The position numbers and the translations under genes are program-made. A stretch of 64,000 nt of DNA from Lingula anatina (Eukaryota; Animalia; Brachiopoda): contig CM120648.1 of the NCBI GenBank assembly GCA_051362555.1, positions 14,256,587-14,320,586 of the forward strand, written 5' to 3'. Under the pieces are notes generated by a model. That model was not told the DNA's origin, searched no databases, and saw nothing but the letters and a program-made list of their open reading frames with translations. Numbering within the stretch: the first letter of the stretch is position 1; every line of letters begins with the position of its first letter. Below are positions 1 through 12,100 of this stretch, in pieces.

Positions 1-1172
1 CTTATAATTACCAATAATTTTTATTATGCACTGCAGGTAACACATATATATACATATGTCAAAGGCCTGGATCAAATCTATTCCTATGCATAAAAAGCCC
101 AGACCCCATGTTTATTACGCCCTGGCTGGGCCCATTCTTTATGGTGTCTTTGCATTGTTAACAGCATAATGGGCAAGTTAAATGACCAAGTTAATTGGAA
201 AAGTCAAACCATTGCATGTGTCTTATTCAGTTATAGGATACAAGAGTACTCGTACTAGTAGCCTAATCTTATTTTATCATTCTGTAAACTATAATACTAG
301 GAGGAAAAGCACTGCCAGTTGTACAATTCATTAATTATTGCAAGCAATTGTGCAAAGCATGGAACTGACACAAGTAGCAGATTGGAAAGGGTTAACGTCT
401 TGACCAACACTATATATTTCAATAATTAACCACCAAAAATGAATATGAAGGTTTAAATTCCCAAGGTAGGCTGTGTTAGAAGATAACTACCTACTCTACC
501 CTTCGTTCAGCATATTGCATGATTAGAAAAAATGAGCAGGTATTATGGTCAAAACTGTGGTCTAGAGCAACATCAATCTAAATTCATAGTCTACATGTAA
601 ATTTTCAGACATCAATTATCATCAACAAAATAAAAGGCGACCAGGATCTCTTTTGTATTTTACCTCCGGGCTCCCTAATGTACATGTTTAATAGCCATTA
701 AGGTCCTCTTCTAGTGGGTATATGACTCTCAAAATCTCCATGCTCAAACTTGGTTTTGGGGATTGGGGGGGGGGGGGGGGGGGGGTACATGTACAATGTA
801 CCACATGTACTAGTATTTTGTTTGAATGTCTTGAGGAGTCACTCAATATCATAGAAATAGAGAATCTCTACTTCTAAGTCAATATTGACCAACAAAATAC
901 ATCAGTCGCATAGCTATTTTGTAAATATATAACTAAAGAAGGTGGAAATTACTATATATACGAATTGCTATGTCTGTTGACCGAAAATCTGCTTCAAAAA
1001 CTAAAAAAAAAAAACAAACAAAAATAAGGTATACATCCCTTAAAATCGGTGCAGGCAAGAAAAGGGATGTAGCCTCTACAGTTAGGTTTGGCCATTCAAT
1101 ACAATCTGACCAGCACTCCCACCAGATTTAGACGATTTGAGAAAATTATCAAAAAAATGAAGACCGAAAATA

Positions 1173-1713
1173 CCCCTCCACCCTGTAACTTTCTGTAACT
1201 TTCACTTTTCAAACAGTTTTTTACATTTTCTTGTTCATCTTTGTCAAAGCTGTTGAAATAAAATGCTTTTGTAATTACCTGTGGACTTTTCATTAGTTTT
1301 AATCACGTTTAATCCAGCCCATTGAAATACAATGTTAGAATCTTCAATTTACACCCGCAGTCAATAACTTGCTGCGTTTTCGTTGGCTAACTCTAAGGTA
1401 ATTTTATGTGAACAAGTAGCTCATAATAATTTGCCAGAGGAAGTCCAAGTATACAATGTATCAATCCTATGTTCACATAAAATAAGGTACAGTTAGCCAA
1501 CGAAAACGCGGCAAGTTATTGACTGCAGGTACATTGTAAATTTTCACATTGTATTTCAATGGGGTGGATTAAACGTGATTAAAACTAATAAAAAGACCAC
1601 AGGTAATTACAAAAACATTTTATTTCAACAGCTTTGACATAGGTGAAAAGGAAAAATTAAAAAAAATGTTTGAAAAATGAAAGTTTCAGGAAGTTACAGG
1701 GTGGGGGGGGGGG
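1173..1713. mobile_element. Foldback MITE with ~240-bp terminal inverted repeats, TA-flanked (Tc1/mariner-like target)
   Basis: TA-CCCCTCCACCCTGTAACTT...AAGTTACAGGGTGGGG-TA. The arms pair inward to TTATGTGAACA/TGTTCACATAA around a ~55-bp spacer. Confidence 0.8.
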
Positions 1714-2719
1714 TATACTACAAAAGTACCTGCACCCACGTATCATAGATCTATTTAAAAACTGAAAAATGACGTAATTTTGCTATCCCCATGTCTTAAC
1801 AAGACTTACCTTTTCATCGGCATGGTATGGCATGATATCTCTACACATTTTCACACCTGCTGCATGGAATATATAATTTAGAAAGTATGTAGACTGGACA
1901 CCGCCTGTTTGTAACTCTTTGCAATTCAGACGTTCAAGAGTCAGCTGTTCCAACATCGATGGACACCCACTGCACATAAAATTCCTTAAACTCGAGTATT
2001 TCACTTGACATAATGTACCAGGCTGAAACTAATTTAGCGTGTTTGAAAAACAATCTAGATTTAGACACTAAAAACACAAGCTGCTTCTACAACAGAGAGC
2101 AGACGACAAACATGTTGCATCTATGCAAGAAAAGCCCAACAACCTCTCTCAAAACGCAGCAGTGAGTGTAAGTTAAACGTTAGATCTATATTTTAACAAG
2201 TACGATGTATAATTACTTTAATAGATCTATGTATAAAAAGGTTATCATAAACACTTAAAGTAAAAGAATAGACGCTTCTTTTTCGTATTTGAAAGAGTTT
2301 CGTACTCTTCAGAAGTGATCTGGGACTATCTGGGACCGGAAAACTAGCGAGACACTAGCGGGAGTTTTGAAACAAAGAGGGACTGTATGAAACAAGAGAG
2401 CCTGCAGTGAGTAGAGGGAGAGAGAAAACCGGCGATACTAGTACTGTAGTGTTATACAATAGAGTGGGATTTCTGGTCATTAGAGGTATGAGATATTATA
2501 TTTAGCTATATTACAGAGGCCATTTATTCTGCAATTCGAATTACAGGCAGATGAATCTGGCAGGTAATAATCTCTCTTTTATTCAAGTTTAATATTGAAT
2601 AAACCGCTAACAAAGCCATTTTTCGGATATTCCATGTTTTCAAATAAATATTTCACCTTTTAATTGTTTCATTAGAGAATAGTACCTTGTATAGTGGCAG
2701 CCTGTTGGTAATATATGAT

Positions 2720-3040
2720 TTATGTATTTATTTGGTTATTTATTAATGTTATTGTGTTTGTTATATTTGAAGTACATTTACATTTATGTAGGTTAAGATT
2801 ATTAGAATATTTTAATAATATGATTAGTTGGTAATCAAATATGAGGTTTATAAATAAAAGTGGCTTTATGTTTTGTTTTTCAAATATATGATATTGACGA
2901 TTTATCAAGTTTTACCATTATTTTTTTTTATTGACACATCATTTTCAGTCGGCAAATAGCTGTAAAGCTAATGTTTCCTTTCAATTTATACCCGACATGA
3001 AATAAAATTTATTGTATTGTATTGTATTGTATTGTATTGT
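2720..3040 (+). mobile_element. Possible non-LTR retrotransposon 3' end with (ATTGT)n tail
   Basis: T-rich tract, then AATAAA at ~3001 followed by (ATTGT)6 at 3011-3040. This resembles CR1/L2-type tails, but no ORF remains. Confidence 0.35.
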
Positions 3041-4364
3041 ACATGAATACAGGATTAAAAAACATTTTACAAAGAATTTATTTAGGTTACTTCTCTAGAA
3101 GATAAGGCAAATGATCTCATGAAGAATTTAAAGGAATTTATTACATATAGTTGCCTATAGATTGCACTATTTCCTCTGCATATTCTTGATCTACATGTCA
3201 AAATCATGTTATTGTGAGCACTCCTGGTACTGAACTGCCAATATTTACCAAAGCAAATTGCAGCACATAGATTACATCCCTATACATCCCCGCACCGATA
3301 CTCCCCCGCACCGATACTCCCCAGCAATATCAATGCAGGGAAGCAGTGATGTGGGGGAGTATCGATGGACATCAGCCGCTGCATTAAAATTCCCAAAACT
3401 GATAAAATAAAGCATTGCCCAAAATTATTTTCAAAAGAGGTACCAAAACAATCACTTTACTAGTAAGTTGAAAACACAACTTTGAGAGAAGTTATTATGT
3501 CAAAAGCATAATATTGGAGATTTTCATGCTACTGGTTATTTGCATGACATATGATGCATACCTGTTTTGAAAGACGTTTTAGTAGTATTTTGGTGTGAAC
3601 ATTGTCTGGAAGAAAGAGAAATCGTAAATAACATATCCTAATGAAAATTCACCATTTTACAATTTCAGCAAGATTAGGCTGCCTAAGGATTTGTGGATCA
3701 TGGACAACAAACTCACCACAGTGGTACTCAAGGCACATCAACACTTCTAAAATTCTGTTCTGACCAGACTGGTACAAGTAAATGCAAAGACACAGAAAGT
3801 AAGTACTGTACAGCATTATTAATGTTAGCAAAAGAAAATTATACTTTGGCACTCCCTTATAAAAATTAAAAAAAAATAAATTTTGTATGTGCTATCACAT
3901 GAACAATCAATGTGTAGTTAACTGTAACTTCATGTAGCAAATCGAGACCAATGCAAGAGCTCTTGAAAGTTTTTCTTTGCAAAAGAGTACTAGTACATAT
4001 TTTAATATGCATTGTTAAGGAGTGCCAATGCATTAATTTTTGTGCTAATACATAGAGTTGTTAATTGTTGATCAATTTTAGATTCTTTGTGTAACACAGC
4101 TTAGCCAGATCTTTGTAAACTAAGCTTTTAGACAAAACTGACTTAATATTTTTTGTTACAGAATTGTGCCACCATTTCACAAAAAAATATAATAGTGACT
4201 TGTCTAAACAGTAAGTCACTCAAAACTTACTGGCTAACTAAGTGTTTTGCAAAGAAACTAACATTTTAGTTTCGAATAGTATTGATTGCAGTACACTCAC
4301 ATTTTTAAGAACTGTCTAAAATTACAGGTAAAAAATTTTGCCAGATATGATGGCCCATCATTGT

Positions 4365-4410
4365 GTATTGTATTGTATTGTATTGTATTGTATTGTATTG
4401 TATTGTATTG
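4365..4410 (+). repeat. (GTATT)n microsatellite
   Basis: About 9 units; the mirror copy at ~50176-50223 appears to have one more unit. Confidence 0.95.
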
Positions 4411-5269
4411 GCATCTTTCAAAAGTGAATGGTTGTTTACTGACAATTAAGTGAATTAAAGCATAAGGTTTTTAACGTACGATAATAGATCCATCTGATTT
4501 GTATTGTAATGTATCAAACCAAAGTATGATATATGTTTGCTAGTTGAATTGAACAGGCTTTTAGTGTTCCTGGGGGTGGGGCTGCTCCTAGGGGTGGTGG
4601 ACTTCAAGGTTTTTCCTTTGTAACATACTATCTTTTCTTAGACTATAAAAATTACATTGATAGACATTTTATTAGAATAAGGCATAAACCTTTTTTGGAA
4701 TTTTATTGTGCCTGGGGTTTGGGTTGTCCCTGGGGGTGGATGATTAAATTTTCACATGATAATTCCTGCTAGACTCAACTCGCATTGTACATGTATACAT
4801 ACCAACTTCTGACACTCTCTCTTGATGTTTGTCCAATGAGCTTGGTCTTTTTTTTAATGTATAAATAAAAACTGTGTTGAAGAACAAACCTTTGTTTTGC
4901 CTCAGCCATCGTCAGTAAGCTATCATTTACAACTGAAAGAAACAGTGAGCTATCATATCTTGCAAAATGTTTCACCTTTTTTCTTGAAGTGATGAGTTTT
5001 TATACTGCAATTGACAACGAATGGTTAAAAAATTGACAATAATGTCATCACTCAGTAGTGTTTTTTATCAAACCTCAAATTCATGGATATCATCATTATC
5101 ACTGTCTCACGTGTTTTCCTTTTTAAGCATAACATATGATGAATTTTGGAAAGAGACCCATCTTGGACACTTCACATTGATTTCCAATTGAAACTTTCAG
5201 TGTTACAAAACTAGGAATATATGTCAGAGTACTTAATGTATTTTATGTACAGACAACATATGAATCTGA

Positions 5270-7982
5270 AATGGGGGCGGGGGGGGGGGTTGATTCTAAA
5301 TTCTTTTCACATTGTAATTTTTGCTATCTCCTCCTAGACCATTAAAGTTAAGAAACTGAAACTTTGGGAATTGGTAGACCCATCATCAGGGATGTGCATG
5401 GGCACTTTGGGATATTAGTGCCTCAGGGTGTTTGGCTGTCCCCGGGGGGTGGTTGATTCTAAATTTTTATCACATTGAAATTTCTGCTATCTCTTCCTAA
5501 ACCATCAGAGTTAGGAAGGTGAAACTTTGGTGAATAGTTTACCCATCATCAGGGAGGTGCATAAGCACTTAAGAATTTTAGTGCAACAGGATGGGCTGTA
5601 TCCTGGGGGGGGGGTTGATTCTAAATTCTTATGGCAATGTAATTTCTGCTATCTGCTCCTAGACCATTGCAGGTAGGAAGTTGAAACTTTGGGAATTGGT
5701 AGACCCTTCTTCAGGGATGTGCATGGGCACTTTAGAATTTTAGTGCCACAGGGTGTTGGGCTGTCCCTGGGGGTGGTTGATTCTGAATTCTTTTCACATT
5801 GTGGTTTCTGCTATTTTTTCCTTGACCATTACAGGTAGGAAGTTGAAACTTTGGTGATTAGTCTACCCATCATCAGAGATGTGCATGGGCACTTTTGAAT
5901 GTTAGTGCAACAGGGGGTTGGGCTGTCCCTGGGGGTTGGTTGATTCTAAATTCTTTTAACAATGTAGATATTTTTACATTTATGTTTTTAAATACCTTTG
6001 GATGAAGCAGTGATGTGTCTGTATGTGTGTGCGTACATGCTTGTGTACATGTGTTTGTAGTAAATGGTCCCTAGGGGTGAGCTGCTCTTGATAATATGGG
6101 GAAATGGGGGGATATGTTATGGCTACCCGTCGACACCATCTAGCTATAAAATATAGCTCAACCTCAAATACCAGCCGGACTGGGAAATTTTTCTGGCAGT
6201 TATATACTCTTTCCCCATGTGAGTTGTTTATTATTACAGACAATGCTTGTGTCTATGTATATTCCTGTCACTGAGGGTGTTGGGCTGCCCCTAGGGGGTT
6301 TGGTTGATTATGAATTCTTTTCACATTATAACTTGCCCTATCTCCCACTAGATCATAATAGTTAGGAAGTTGAACATTTGGCAATAGATAAAGCTGGATA
6401 CATGTAGATGAAATTTAGTGCAACAGGCGGCTGGGCTGTCCCGGAAGGGGGGGGAGAGAGAGAAAGAGAGAGAGATTCTTAATTCTTTTCACATGGTACT
6501 TTTAACATTGTACTTTTGGCTATCTCCTTGTAGACTGTTAGACTTAGGAAGTTGAAACTGTGGTGGTTGGTAGACGTGGCCTCAAGGATGTGTATGGACA
6601 TTTCGGAATTAGTACAACAGGGGGTTGGGCTGTCCTTGGGGAGTGGTTGATTCTGAATCCTTTTCACATTAAAATTTGCCCTATCTCCCCCTAGACCATA
6701 TGAATTGAGAAATTGAATCTTTGGTGATGGGTAAAGCTGTCATCAGGGATGGGTGTTGGCATTTTGAAATTTAAGTGAATCAGGGAGGGGGTGGGCTGTC
6801 CCTGGGGGGGATCCTGAATTCTTTCCTTTTTGTAATTTCCGCTATCTCCTCCTAGACCATTTGACTTAGGTAGTTGAAACTTTGGTGATTGGTTGAACTG
6901 TTGTCAGGGATGTACATGGGCAATTTGGAATTTTAGTATAACAAACATAGGGTTGAATTTTAGTATAACAAACATAGGGTTGAGTTGTCCTGGGGGGGGG
7001 GGGGGGAGGGGGGGGTTGAATCTAAATTCTTTTTACTTTGTATTTTCTGTGATCAATTGAGTTTAGTAGTTGAATTTTTGGGTGATTGGTTGAACTTTTT
7101 TCAGGGATGTGCATAGGCGCTTAAAAATTTAATCATGCCTGGGGGTTGGACTGTCCCTCAGGTGTGGGTTGATTCTCAATTCTTTTTACAGTGTACTTTC
7201 CGCTATCTCCTCCTAGACTGTTAGACTTAGGAAGTTGAAACTTTCGTGATAGTTAAAGGTGTTAACAGGGATGGGCATGGGCATTTCAGAATTTTAGTGC
7301 ATCATGGGGTTATACTGTCTCCGGGGTGTTTGGTTGATTCTAAATACTTTTCATAGTGGAAGATAAAACTTTAGTGATTTGTAAAGCTGTCATCGTGGAT
7401 GTGCATGGGCATTTTAAAAATTTAGTGCAACAGGGAGCTCGGCTATCATTTGGGGGTGGGGGGAGGGGTAGATTCTGAATCATTTTCATAATTGTGATTT
7501 CTGTTGTCTCTTAAACCATGAGACATAAGAAGTTGAAACATTGTTGACAAGTAGTTATTTCTTCAAGGATATGCATAGACATTATAGAGTAAGTTCAACG
7601 GGGGATTGGGTCATCCCTAGGCTGGTTGATTCTGCATTCTTTTCACATTATAATTAGTGTTATCTCCTCCTAGACCATTAGAGTTAGGAAGTTTACACTT
7701 AGGTGATTGGTAGACCTGTCAACAGAAATGGGCATGGGCACTTCATAATTTTATAATGCCGGGGGGTTGGGCTGTCCCTGGGGGTTGTTGATTCTAAAAT
7801 GATATTGCTGCTGAACCATAAGTGTAGAAAGGTGATACTTTGCTTATTGTTAGGCCTATCTTCAGGGAACTTTATTGCACTAGGGCTGTCCTTACAGGAA
7901 GTGTAATTCTAAGTTCTTTTCATCTTTGTAAAGTGGAGAAGTGTGGGGATATGTGATGGCTACCAAATCGACACCATTTAGT

Positions 7983-7985
<3 letters not shown>
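5270..7985 (+). repeat. Degenerate ~162-bp tandem repeat, probably the internal array of Helentron/HINE-like elements
   Basis: TGATTCT anchor at 5291, 5454, 5616, 5778, 5941 (period 162-163), continuing degenerately to ~7900. Terminal-like motif GGGGATATGT...GACACCAT(C/T)TAG at ~6108-6143 and ~7945-7983. Confidence 0.8.
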
Positions 7986-8017
<32 letters not shown>

Positions 8018-8559
8018 TAACAAGTACAAAACAACATTTGTTTTACCTATTATTTGTCCTTTATGTTTTTCCCTAAAGTTTTGCTACTTTTGCCATATTT
8101 GATCTATATGTGAGTGTCCATGATGGGTATTGCACTAGTGACAGTAAGTGTCTGAATGTTTTGAGATGACATTGCTTGTCAGTCGCTACTTGTCTAGTTA
8201 ACAAATACCTGCCTCTTTTACATTGAATCATTCAGATGTGTGACAATTTTTAATTCACTCAGAAGACCAGAAAAAAAGACATTTTTAAAAATATAGCCAA
8301 TGCTCCAGAAAATGATTGCCTTCTCATTTATTATTATCACATCAGTGGTATGTTGATTATATATTGTTGATATATATATATTGAATATATTGAATTCATC
8401 AGCACTTGAGATAATTTTTGATAATGATTTTTATATCTAATATTGAATTGATATTTTATTGTACCACCAGTATGAGTGCTGGAGGTACCACAATTTTGTC
8501 TTTAAACTGCCATAGAGAACAGAAGGACTGTTTGTATTACTATAGGTGGACAGTTTCCA

Positions 8560-9130
8560 GAATTTTTAAAGGGACTAGAGACAATTTTGACAGCTTGGAC
8601 TTTACAATTCTAGTAGTTGAGCTGGACCTAAGGGGATGCTTTAGATTGATTGCGATAGAAATGTGCAACAGATTCCATAATTTTTAAAGTGCTTATAAAG
8701 GGACTAGAGCCAATTTTGAATGCTTCGACTTCTCGATTGTGTTAGTTAAGCTGGACTAAAGGGGATGCTTTAGACTGACCAATTGCGATCTTTGCGACGA
8801 AATCCTGAATTTTATAAGTACTTTTAAAGGGACTATAGCCAATTTTGACTGCTTCGACTTTACAATCGTGGTAGCTGAGCCGGACCGAAGGGGACATTTA
8901 AGACTGATCGATTGCGATAGTTGCGACAGATTCCAGATTTTTTAAAGTACTTTTAAAGGGACTACGGTAAAAGCTTAAAATTTTCAGCATTTAAAAATTA
9001 AGTAATATGTTAAATTGCTTAAATCTGACAAATTTTTCAAAATAACGTTTCCCCGACTCCTGGGCATGACTGCTTCGACTTGCTGATTGTGATAGTTGAG
9101 CCAAGCCAAAGGGGACGTTTTAGACCGACT
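8560..9130 (+). repeat. Diverged edge monomers of the 129-bp satellite with a ~100-bp interruption (~8964-9065)
   Basis: AAAGGGACTA and GCTTCGACT motifs recur at roughly 129-bp spacing with many substitutions. Confidence 0.9.
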
Positions 9131-12100
9131 GATTGCGTTAGTTGCGACGGAGTCCATGATTTTAAAAATACTTTTAAAGGGACTGGAGCCAATTTTGACG
9201 GCTTCGACTTTGCGATTGCGTTAGTTGAGACGGACCTTTCGGGACCCTTAAGAGCCACTGATTGCGTTAGTTGTGACGGAGTCCATGATTTTTAAAGTAC
9301 TTTTAAAGGGACTGGAGCCAATTTTGACGGCTTCGACCTTGCGATTGCGTAAGTTGAGACGGACCTTTCGGGACCCTTAAGACCCACTGATTGCGTTAGC
9401 TGCGACAGTGTCCATGATTTTTAAAGTGCTTTTAAAGGGACTGGAGCCAATTTTGACGGCTTCGACTTTCCGATTGCGTTAGTTGAGATGGACCTTTCGG
9501 GACCCTTAAGAGCCACTGATTGCGTTAGTTGCGACAGAGTGCATGATTTTTAAAGTACTTTTAAAGGGACTGGAGCCAATTTTGACGGCTTCGACTTTCC
9601 GATTGCGTTAGTTGAGACGGACCTTTCTGGACCCTTAAGACCCACTGATTGCGTTAGCTGCGACGGAGTCCATGATTTTTAAAGTACTTTTAAAGGGACT
9701 GGAGCCAATTTTGACGGCTTCGACTTTCAGATTGCGTTAGTTGAGACGGACCTTTCGGGACCCTTAAGACCCACTGATTGCGTTAGCTGCGACGGAGTCC
9801 ATGATTTTTAAAGTGCTTTTAAAGGGACTGGAGCCAATTTTGACGGCTTCGACTTTCCGATTGCGTTAGTTGAGACGGACCTTTCGGGACCCTTAAGACC
9901 CACTGATTGCATTAGTTGCGACGGAGTCCATGATTTTTAAAGTACTTTTAAAGGGACTGGAGCCAATTTTGACGGCTTCGACTTTCCGATTGCGTTAGTT
10001 GAGACGGACCTTTCGGGACCCTTAAGACCCACTGATTGCGTTAGTTGCGACGGAGTCCATGGTTTTTAAAGTACTTTTAAAGGGACTGGAGCCAATTTTG
10101 ACGGCTTCGACTTTCCGATTGCGTTAGTTGAGACGGACCTTTCGGGACCCTTAAGACCCACTGATTGCGTTAGTTGCGACGGAGTCCATGATTTTTAAAG
10201 TACTTTTAAAGGGACTGGAGCCAATTTTGATGGCTTCGACTTTCCGATTGCGTTAGTTGAGACGGACCTTTCGGGACCCTTAAGACCCACTGATTGCGTT
10301 AGTTGCGACGGAGTCCATGATTTTTAAAGTACTTTTAAAGGGACTGGAGCCAATTTTGATGGCTTCGACTTTCCGATTGCGTTAGTTGAGACGGACCTTT
10401 CGGGACCCTTAAGACCCACTGATTGCGTTAGTTGCGACGGAGTCCATGATTTTTAAAGTACTTTTAAAGGGACTGGAGCCAATTTTGACGGCTTCGACTT
10501 TCCGATTGCGTTAGTTGAGACGGACCTTTCGGGACCCTTAAGACCCACTGATTGCGTTAGCTGCGACGGAGTCCATGATTTTTAAAGTACTTTTAAAGGG
10601 ACTGGAGCCAATTTTGACGGCTTCGACTTTCCGATTGCATTAGTTGAGACGGACCTTTCGGGACCCTTAAGACCCACTGATTGCGTTAGTTGCGACGGAG
10701 TCCATGATTTTTAAAGTACTTTTAAAGGGACTGGAGCCAATTTTGACGGCTTCGACTTTCCGATTGCATTAGTTGAGACGGACCTTTCGGGACCCTTAAG
10801 ACCCACTGATTGCGTTAGTTGCGACGGAGTCCATATGGGATTTTTAAAGTACTTTTAAAGGGACTGGAGCCAATTTTGACGGCTTCGACTTTCCGATTGC
10901 GTTAGTTGAGACGGACCTTTCGGGACCCTTAAGACCCACTGATTGCGTTAGTTGCGACGGAGTCCATATGGGATTTTTAAATTACTTTTAAAGGGACTGG
11001 ACCAATTTTGACGGCTTCGACTTTCCGATTGCGTTAGTTGAGACGGACCTTTCGGGACCCTTAAGACCCACTGATTGCGTTAGCTGCGACGGAGTCCATG
11101 ATTTTTAAAGTACTTTTAAAGGGACTGGAGCCAATTTTGACGGCTTCGACTTTCCGATTGCGTTAGTTGAGACGGACCTTTCGGGACCCTTAAGACCCAC
11201 TGATTGCGTTAGTTGCGACGGAGTCCATGATTTTTAAAGTACTTTTAAAGGGACTGGAGCCAATTTTGACGGCTTCGACTTTCCGATTGCGTTAGTTGAG
11301 ACGGACCTTTCGGGACCCTTAAGACCCACTGATTGCGTTAGTTGCGACGGAGTCCATGATTTTTAAAGTACTTTTAAAGGGACTGGAGCCAATTTTGACG
11401 GCTTCGACTTTCCGATTGCGTTAGTTGAGACGGACCTTTCGGGACCCTTAAGACCCACTGATTGCGTTAGTTGCGACGGAGTCCATGATTTTTAAAGTAC
11501 TTTTAAAGGGACTGGAGCCAATTTTGACGGCTTCGACTTTCTGATTGCGTTAGTTGAGACGGACCTTTCGGGACCCTTAAGACCCACTGATTGCGTTAGT
11601 TGCGACGGAGTCCATGATTTTTAAAGTACTTTTAAAGGGACTGGAGCCAATTTTGACGGCTTCGACTTTCCGATTGCGTTAGTTGAGACGGACCTTTCGG
11701 GACCCTTAAGACCCACTGATTGCGTTAGTTGCGACGGAGTCCATGATTTTTAAAGTACTTTTAAAGGGACTGGAGCCAATTTTGACGGCTTCGACTTTCC
11801 GATTGCGTTAGTTGAGACGGACCTTTCGGGACCCTTAAGACCCACTGATTGCGTTAGTTGCGACGGAGTCCATGATTTTTAAAGTACTTTTAAAGGGACT
11901 GGAGCCAATTTAGACGGCTTCGACTTTCCGATTGCGTTAGTTGAGACGGACCTTTCGGGACCCTTAAGACCCACTGATTGCGTTAGTTGCGACGGAGTCC
12001 ATGATTTTTAAAGTACTTTTAAAGGGACTGGAGCCAGTTTTGACGGCTTCGACTTTCCGATTGCGTTAGTTGAGACGGACCTTTCGGGACCCTTAAGACC

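Larger units (their letters stand above)
1..8566 (+). repeat. Left arm of giant inverted repeat (non-satellite part)
   Basis: 1-60 is the reverse complement of ~54538-54597. The ORF track has mirrored twins (1096..1293-/53303..53500+, 3649..3852-/50738..50941+, 4775..4975-/49610..49810+, 5980..6243-/48333..48596+, 6479..6667-/47909..48097+). Confidence 0.98.

Noticed and set aside
1096-8687. Short ORFs in the arms that are conserved between two copies
   Set aside because: The conservation simply reflects the inverted duplication; they lie in repeats or AT-rich DNA and have no recognisable domains.
9228-9244. CENP-B box in the monomer
   Set aside because: The best match AGACGGACCTTTCGGGA fits only 6 of the 9 essential positions of NTTCGNNNNANNCGGGN.
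9181-9309. 5S rRNA, tRNA or hammerhead ribozyme as the repeat unit
   Set aside because: No 5S or tRNA similarity that I can recognise, only a partial B-box-like GCTTCGACT, and no CTGANGA hammerhead core.
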